Program-made: the position numbers and the translations under genes
In this document: piece by piece, positions 57,716-64,000 of the stretch
Layout: each line of letters starts with the position of its first letter
Position numbering within the stretch: position 1 is the stretch's first letter
The notes under the pieces: model-generated
Told to the model about the DNA's origin: nothing
What the model saw: only the letters and a program-made list of their open reading frames with translations
The model's database searches: none
Assembly (NCBI GenBank): GCA_016713305.1
Contig: JADJPK010000008.1
Location: forward strand, 360,192-424,191
Direction: 5' to 3'
From: Betaproteobacteria bacterium
Lineage (GTDB): Bacteria > Pseudomonadota > Gammaproteobacteria > Burkholderiales > Ga0077523
DNA length: 64,000 nt

Positions 57716-60291
57716 GCGCGATCACCTTCGAGTACGCGTGGCCCGCGGCCGCCTTCCTGGCCGCGCTGCCGGTGCTGGTGTGGGCAGGACTGAAGTCCTC
57801 CACGGCGCTGGGGCCGGCCCAGCGCCGCGTGCTTCTGGGCGTGCGCGTGCTGGTGCTTGCGTGCGTGACCGCCGCGCTCATGCGCCCGGTCGCCCTGTCC
57901 GAGTCCCAGGACGTCTCGGTCGTCTACGCGCTGGACGTCTCGCGCAGCGTGGATCCTGCCTTCGTGGACGCGGCCATCGGATGGATGCAGAAGGCTGACG
58001 CACTGGGCAAGCCTGCGCAGTCCCGCTTCGTGGCGTTCGCCGATCGCGTGCGGCGTGCGGAATCGCCTGAAGCCATCAGGCGCGTCCCGCTTCGCGTCGA
58101 CGGCAAGGGGGCTGCCGACGGACTCGACCCCCTCGTTTCGGACATTGAAGGCGCGCTCGCGGCCGTCGGCAGCAGCTTTGCCGACGACCGGCTCAAGCGT
58201 GTGGTGCTCATGACCGACGGCCTGGAGACGCGGGGCGATGCCGCCCGAGCGCTGGATGCCTTGCGCGCGCGCCACGTGCGGGTCTTCACGGTACCCGCGA
58301 CCGTGCGCGCCGCCGGTGACGCCAGGATCGAATCCATCGAGGTGCCGCGGGAATTCCGGCGCGACGAACCCACCGTCGTCCACGTGCTGGTGTTCGCCCA
58401 GGCGGCCGTGCAAGCGCAGGTCACGTTGCGCCGGGATTCGAAGGTGCTCGGCCGTCAGACGCTGAAGCTCGCCGCCGGAATCCAGCGCGTGCCCTTCACC
58501 GTGCGCATTCCCGACAGCGGCGGCGTTTCGCTCACGGCGGAAGTGGCCGCGGCGGGCGATCTGATCGCGGAGAACAACGCGTTCACCACGGCGGCCTCGG
58601 TGCTGCCGCGTCCGCGCGTGCTGTACATCGAATCGGCGGCGGATTCGGCGCGCTACGCGAAGGACGCACTGACGGCCCAGGGCTTCGATGTGCAGGTGGC
58701 GCTGCCGGAGTAGGCACCGCAGACCGCCGAGGCACTGAACGAGTACGACGCCGTGATCGTGTCCGACACGCGGGGCGACCAGCTCGGTGCGCAGCGAATG
58801 GAGGCGCTGGAACGCTATGTCCGCGATTTCGGCGGTGGCCTCGTGTACGCGGCCGGCGTCAATTCGTATGGCGAATCGGGACTGCGGGATTCGGCATTGG
58901 AGCGTGTTCTGCCTGCCACCTTCGAGGCGCAGGAGAAGCGCCGGGATCTCGCCCTGGTGATCGCGCTGGACCGTTCCTACAGCATGAAGGGTCGCAAGCT
59001 GGACCTGGCGAAGGCCGCCACGCTGGGCGCGCTCCAGCTGCTGGAGGAGGAGCACAGGTTCGCCGTGATCACCTTCGACTCGCAGCCCGAGATCACCGTG
59101 CCGCTGGCGCCCGTGCGCTCCAAGCGCAAGGCGGAGGATCTCATCTCGCGGTTCACCGCCAGCGGGCAGACCAACATCTATCCGGCGCTGCAGATGGCCT
59201 ACCGCATGCTGGTCGACGTGCCGCTCAAGGCCAAGCACGTGATCCTGCTCTCGGACGGCGACACGCAGCCCGCGGACTTCCAGCGGCTCGCCCGGCGGAT
59301 GGGCGATGCGAACATCACGGTGACCACGGTGGCGATCGGTGCGGAGGCCGACAAGACCCTGCTGGAGAACATCTCGACCTGGGGCAAGGGGAGGTTCTAT
59401 TACGCCGAGAGTGCGGAAGCGGTGCCGCAGATCTTCCTGCAGGAGACCAAGCGGCTCGTGAACGAGGGGCTGCGCGAGGAGCCGGTCGGTGCCGTCGTCA
59501 AGCGCAAGGCCGAAGCCCTGCGGGGCATCGACTTCGCCCAGGCGCCCAAGCTCAAGGGATTCGTCAGCACCAAGCCGCGCACGCGTGCCGAGGTGTATCT
59601 CGTCACGGGCACCGACGCCGCACTGCTCACGCGCTGGCAGGTGGGCCTGGGCAAGGCCGCCGTGTTCGGATCGGATCTCAAGAACCGCTGGGCCGCCGAC
59701 TGGCTCGCGTGGCCGGGGTACCAGAAGTTCTGGAGCCAGCTCGTGCGGGAGGTGATGCGCCGCACCACCCGCGAGGAAGGTCAGTTCACCGTCGCGGTGG
59801 AGAACGGCGAAGTCGTGGCGAGACTCGTGGCCCTCACACCCGAGGGCGGCTTCCGCAACGGGCTGGCGCCGCAACTGCGGATGAGCGGCATGGGGGATCT
59901 GCCGGGAGCGGCGCCCATGCGCCAGACGGCGCCGGGCACCTACGAACTGCGCGTTGCGGTTCCCGAGGGCATGCAGCCGCGCGCCCGGTTCGAACTGGCC
60001 GGGGATGTCCCGGCAGCCATCAAGGCCTTGACCGGTCCGCGCGAACTGGTGCGTCCGATGCCCGAGGAGTTTCGTCTGCGCTCACCGGACACCGCGATGC
60101 TGAAGACGCTCGCCAGCCAGACGGGTGGCGTCTATGCGCCTCGCCCCGAGGAAGTCTTCGCGTCCTACGGGGAGACCTCCGCGATCAGGGCCGCCCTGTG
60201 GCCCTGCTTCGTCCTCGCGGGTCTGGCGCTCTATCTGCTGGACCTCGCCATCCGCCGTGCCCCCTGGATCCGGCGTCTGTTCGAAGGCTGA
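57712..60291 (+). pseudogene. Large VWA/GATase1-like membrane protein of the Bat-like cluster, interrupted by an in-frame TAG
   Basis: ATG at 57712 (ATGA overlap). ORFs 57643..58713 and 58753..60291 are in the same frame and are separated only by TAG at 58711-58713 (...VQVALPE*APQTAEALNEYDAVIVSDTRGDQL...). Homologous single proteins normally run straight through this region. The second half has a VWA block (LALVIALDRSYSMKG...ITFDSQ...TNIYPAL...HVILLSDGD) and a C-terminal TM segment. Confidence 0.75.
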
Positions 60292-60530
60292 ACGGGTACC
60301 GGACAGGCGCCGAAAGACCCTGCGTCCGAAGCGCTGCGAGCGACGGCTCAAGTGTCGCCGGTTGGCGCCGTAATGCAACAGGTCAGCCTCGCCTCGCCCA
60401 ACCTGTGATCCCCGATCCGACCTACCTCCTTCTCGAAGCATGTCGAGTCGTCGAAGCCTGGCTCGCCCAGGCCGCGCGGCTGCTCGGACTGGGAAGGGGC
60501 GGGCCCGGTCAGCCGTATTGAGGAACCGCC

Positions 60531-61130
60531 ATGTACCTGCAGAACACCGCCCGAGACAAGGGCCTTGCGGACGCGAACCGTGCCATCGGAACCCGGCTGG
60601 ATCAGCCGGTCTCGATCGACCTCCTGACCGGCGTCTTCAGCCGGCATTTCCTGTGCGAACTGGCGACCGCCCGCTTCAGCGAAGCACGCCGCCATGGCTA
60701 CTACGCGAGCGTGGTCGTACTGGAAGTGGACCGCTTTGCCGAACTGCTCGGCAACGAAGGACAGCGCGCCGCGGACGAAGTGCTGGTGAACGTGGCGGAG
60801 TTGCTGAGAGCCTGCATCCGGCGCGAGGACATGGTCGCGCGCTTCGACGATGCGCGCTTCGTCGTGTTGATGATGCACTGCGACAGCGAGAACGCCATGG
60901 CCAAGGCCGAGGCGCTTCGCTGCGCGATTTCCGATCTTGAACCCGCGGGGATTCCCGTCACGGCGAGCGCAGGGGTGGCCTCGGCCTCCGTTCGCGGCAC
61001 CGTGGACCTCGATGCGCTGCTCGAGCCCGCCACCCGCGCGTTGGCGGAAGCCCAGACCCACACGGGCAACGCGGTCGTGCTGGGCCGGATCGCACCCCCT
61101 TCGCAAACGGCAGTGCCCGCCGTGTCCTGA
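60531..61130 (+). CDS. Stand-alone GGDEF-domain protein with a degenerate active site
   Basis: ...DLLTGVFSRHFL....ARF.EARRHGYYASVVVLEVDRFAELLGNEGQRAADEVL..VAELL... is the GGDEF fold. At the GG(D/E)EF position the sequence reads RFDDARF. Confidence 0.8.
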   Translation: MYLQNTARDKGLADANRAIGTRLDQPVSIDLLTGVFSRHFLCELATARFSEARRHGYYASVVVLEVDRFAELLGNEGQRAADEVLVNVAELLRACIRREDMVARFDDARFVVLMMHCDSENAMAKAEALRCAISDLEPAGIPVTASAGVASASVRGTVDLDALLEPATRALAEAQTHTGNAVVLGRIAPPSQTAVPAVS

Positions 61131-61219
61131 CCGGCGCTGTCCGGTTTCGGGCTGCCGCGCGAAGACGCCGCCGCGGCCCGGCCCTTTCTGCGGGGCGAGG
61201 CCGAGGCCTCGCCCGGATT

Positions 61220-61648
<429 letters not shown>

Positions 61649-61771
61649 TGCTGGTTCTCCTTCGTCGACGTTGTTCGAATGGGTGGGGGAAACGGGCATC
61701 GTCCGTTCGGCTGCGACGCGCCTTGCTCCTGCCGCGATGTGACTGTCCCCGGAATCACCTGCGTTGCACGC

Positions 61772-62371
61772 TCATGCCGAGCCTATCCGCCGCGCTTCGA
61801 TGAACCGGGCTTTCCAGTGAGGCGCATCGAACGGGTCGACACGCACGGCGCCCCCACGGGAGGGCGCGTGGACGAAGCGTCCGTCACCGATGTACAGCGC
61901 AACGTGCATCGCCCGTTTGCCCCGGCGGAAGAACAGCAGGTCTCCCGGCAGCAGGGCATCCGCACGATCCAGCCTCGCGCCGTAGGTCTTCTGGCTCAGG
62001 GAATCTCTGGGGACGATCCGGCCAGCCTTGGCGAACGCGTAGTGGATGAGGCCGCTGCAGTCGAAACCCTCGGGCGTCGCGCCGCCGTAGCGGTAAGGGA
62101 CGCCGATGAGCGCAGTCGCATGCCTGGCGGCTCTTTCCCGGAGTGGCGCGGTGGTTTCCCCGACCGTCGATTCCACCGAGGGCACCGGCTCCGGGACCGC
62201 GACTGCGGCCGGGAACACGGGCGGCGGTTCCTGGGTCTGCGGAGGGAGCACGGAAGCCGCCGGGTCCCCCGGGAGCGGCAAGGCCGGCTGCGAGGTGGGG
62301 CGTGTCGGCGCGCAGGCACACAGCGCCAGCGATGCCACGACCCAAGCGATCGCCCGCAAGCGCGATCTCAT
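61772..62371 (-). CDS. NlpC/P60 (C40) family peptidoglycan hydrolase lipoprotein
   Basis: ATG at 62371 (ATGA overlap with the upstream stop). Lipobox LALCAC. ...LIGVPYRYGGATPEGFDCSGLIHYAF...GDLLFF.......HVALYIGDGRFVHAP contains the Cys/His catalytic core. Confidence 0.9.
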   Translation of the reverse strand: MRSRLRAIAWVVASLALCACAPTRPTSQPALPLPGDPAASVLPPQTQEPPPVFPAAVAVPEPVPSVESTVGETTAPLRERAARHATALIGVPYRYGGATPEGFDCSGLIHYAFAKAGRIVPRDSLSQKTYGARLDRADALLPGDLLFFRRGKRAMHVALYIGDGRFVHAPSRGGAVRVDPFDAPHWKARFIEARRIGSA

Positions 62372-63675
62372 GCGCCGGCCTTCTGCACGCCGCACCAGCG
62401 TGCGATGAACAGCGCCAGCACCTGCGTCACCTTCCGCGTGCTTTCGAGCGATACCGATTCGTCGATGCCGTGGATGTGCGACGACTCCGGGCCGTAACAG
62501 GTGGCCGGCGTGTCGCCGTAGAGATTGAAGACCCGCACGTCGGTCGTCGCGGTGGATGCGAAGTACCGGGTCGGCGTTCCCGTTACCTGCTCGTGCGCGG
62601 CCACGAGCGTCTCGACCAGCGGCTGGGCGCGGTCGATCACCACGCCTTCGGATTGCAGGCCCGCATAGCGAATGCGGTACTGGACACCCTGTAGCGACGG
62701 ATCGCTTCGTGCCGTCCGCGCAAGGCGCTCCTCGATGGCGGCGCGAGCCTCGCCCACGCTCACGCCCGGATAGAAGCCGCAGCGGATGTCGGCGACGCAG
62801 CGGGTGGGGACGGACGAAGTCCACTCGCCACCCTGGATGCGTCCGAGATTGAAGTTGATGGGCCGTTCCACGCCCGCGAACGCCGGGTGCCGCGCTTGCG
62901 GGGCGTTCCAGTCGTCGCGCAGCGTCTGCAGACCGCGATACAGCGCGTACGTCGCCTCGATTGCATTGATGCCGCGGCTCACGTCGAGCACGTGGGCGGG
63001 CCGACCCAGGACCTCGAGCGAAAGCCAGATGACGCCGACCTGCGCGGTCAGCACGGAATGATCGAACGGCTCCGGAATGATCGCCGCGTCGGCCCGGTAG
63101 CCGTGCTTGAGACAGGCGAGCGCGCCGTTGCCCGTGCATTCCTCTTCCACCACCGATTGCAGCCATACCGGTGCGGCCGGCTGCAATCCCAATGTGCGCA
63201 GAGCTTCGAAGGCGATGACGTATGCCGCGATGCCGGCCTTCATGTCACCCGACCCGCGGCCGTAGAGCCGGCCATCCCGGATGACCGGTTCGAAGGGCGG
63301 CGCGCTCCACAGGTCTTCGGATCCGACCGGAACGACGTCGATGTGGCCGTTGAGGATGAGCGACCGGCCTGCGGCATTGCGAGGGCGGAACGCGCCCACG
63401 ACATTGTCGTGACGCTGCCAGTGGCCGACGGGCGGTGCATAACCCGGCATGTCCGCCAGTTCGTCGTCGCGCACCTCGAAGCGGTCGACGGCCAGGCCCA
63501 TGCCCTGGAACAGGCCTTCCATGTAATCCTGCGCGGACGCTTCTTCCCCCAGCACGCTGGGGAAGCGCACGAGCGCTTCGAGCAGCGCATGCAGGCGGGG
63601 CTGAAGATCGTCGCAGGCCGCGAGCAACTCATGTTCGAGGCCGGAATCGATGGGAGTGCCGGACGATGTTGTCAT
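62368..63675 (-). CDS. ArgE/DapE family M20 metallopeptidase (acetylornithine deacetylase-like)
   Basis: ATG at 63675. ...LILNGHIDVVP...W...PF...I.DGRLYGRGSGDMKAG... and ...EEE.TGNGAL... are typical M20 deacylase motifs. Confidence 0.88.
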   Translation of the reverse strand: MTTSSGTPIDSGLEHELLAACDDLQPRLHALLEALVRFPSVLGEEASAQDYMEGLFQGMGLAVDRFEVRDDELADMPGYAPPVGHWQRHDNVVGAFRPRNAAGRSLILNGHIDVVPVGSEDLWSAPPFEPVIRDGRLYGRGSGDMKAGIAAYVIAFEALRTLGLQPAAPVWLQSVVEEECTGNGALACLKHGYRADAAIIPEPFDHSVLTAQVGVIWLSLEVLGRPAHVLDVSRGINAIEATYALYRGLQTLRDDWNAPQARHPAFAGVERPINFNLGRIQGGEWTSSVPTRCVADIRCGFYPGVSVGEARAAIEERLARTARSDPSLQGVQYRIRYAGLQSEGVVIDRAQPLVETLVAAHEQVTGTPTRYFASTATTDVRVFNLYGDTPATCYGPESSHIHGIDESVSLESTRKVTQVLALFIARWCGVQKAGA

Positions 63676-63823
63676 TGAAGGACCGGAGCAAGTTTCCGGC
63701 GGAATATACCCCAGCTTGGGTCCCGGTCGAGCGGACGCCGGCCGAGCGATGCAGGAAGTGTCATGAAAGGCGCATGCTCTGCGCCCTCTCGATCGGACCT
63801 GCGCTTCCCGCCGATGAACCCCA

Positions 63824-64000
63824 CGGACGCCGATGTCGCCGTCGTCACCGGAACCACGCACGGCATCGGTATGGTCACGGCGCGGGAACTCGCAAGAGCG
63901 GGTAGACATGTGGTCATGCTGGTCCGGGACGCGAGCGCGGGAGAACGGGTGGCCGGGGACATTTCCCGGTCCGTGCCAGATCGCAGGCCGGACGTGATTC
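63824..64000 (+). CDS. Short-chain dehydrogenase/reductase, 5' fragment running off the window
   Basis: My own translation from the ATG at 63824 gives MNPTDADVAVVTGTTHGIGMVTARELARAGRHVVMLVRDASAGERVAGDI..., with the TGxxxGIG Rossmann motif. There is no stop before nt 64000. An alternative in-frame ATG is at 63764. It is not in the ORF track because it is open-ended. Confidence 0.65.

Noticed and set aside
58711-58713. TAG decoded as pyrrolysine or otherwise reassigned
   Set aside because: TAG is used as a normal stop by other genes in the window (spoVR, the tauD-like gene and the NarL-type regulator). No pyl genes are present and the context is proteobacterial-like.

Overview
High-GC (by eye about two-thirds G+C) bacterial chromosomal window with proteobacterial-looking gene content: prkA-yeaH-spoVR, eutBC, proS/rppH and mscL. 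I can support about 55 protein-coding loci. I recognise no rRNA, tRNA, CRISPR array, transposase or integrase. Most long ORFs in the six-frame track are GC-driven shadow frames lying over genes of known families.

Left to right, the window holds:
- a REP-like hairpin repeat array with a G13 tract
- a xanthine-dehydrogenase-family / 6-hydroxynicotinate-reductase-like / UPF0280 cluster
- DsbA, a frameshifted dehydratase plus a methyltransferase, and YciI
- prkA-yeaH-spoVR behind a long leader with a sigma54-like promoter
- a heptanucleotide tandem repeat, then TauD, eutCB, an FGGY kinase, a lytic transglycosylase, proS, a spermidine-synthase-like gene and rppH
- a secreted RNase/barstar pair and qor
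- a 10-kb co-directional, overlap-coupled array (37487->27302, minus strand): ExbB-like (DUF2341/LamG fusion), ExbD, TonB-like, then seven V/A-type ATPase genes in the order B-D-I-K-E-DUF2764-A
- DUF2934 / NTF2-like / NnrU, and a cupin plus a small Cys-repeat secreted protein
- a multi-PAS histidine kinase, a NarL-type regulator and a frameshifted GGDEF-EAL protein
- a TPR protein, an LldD-like dehydrogenase and a sulfatase with a non-canonical active-site motif
- a MoxR-DUF58-BatA/VWA (Bat-like) cluster, a degenerate GGDEF protein, mscL, NlpC/P60, an M20 deacylase and a partial SDR

The most interesting signal is the TonB-motor plus V-type-ATPase array. Its linkage and gene order are unusual. 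Five of the seven ATPase genes carry about 17 frame disruptions in total, while the neighbouring genes are intact. At least five further genes in the window are also disrupted, by G/C-run frameshifts and one in-frame TAG. The sequence therefore comes either from a pseudogene-accumulating genome or from an indel-prone assembly, and I cannot tell which from sequence alone.
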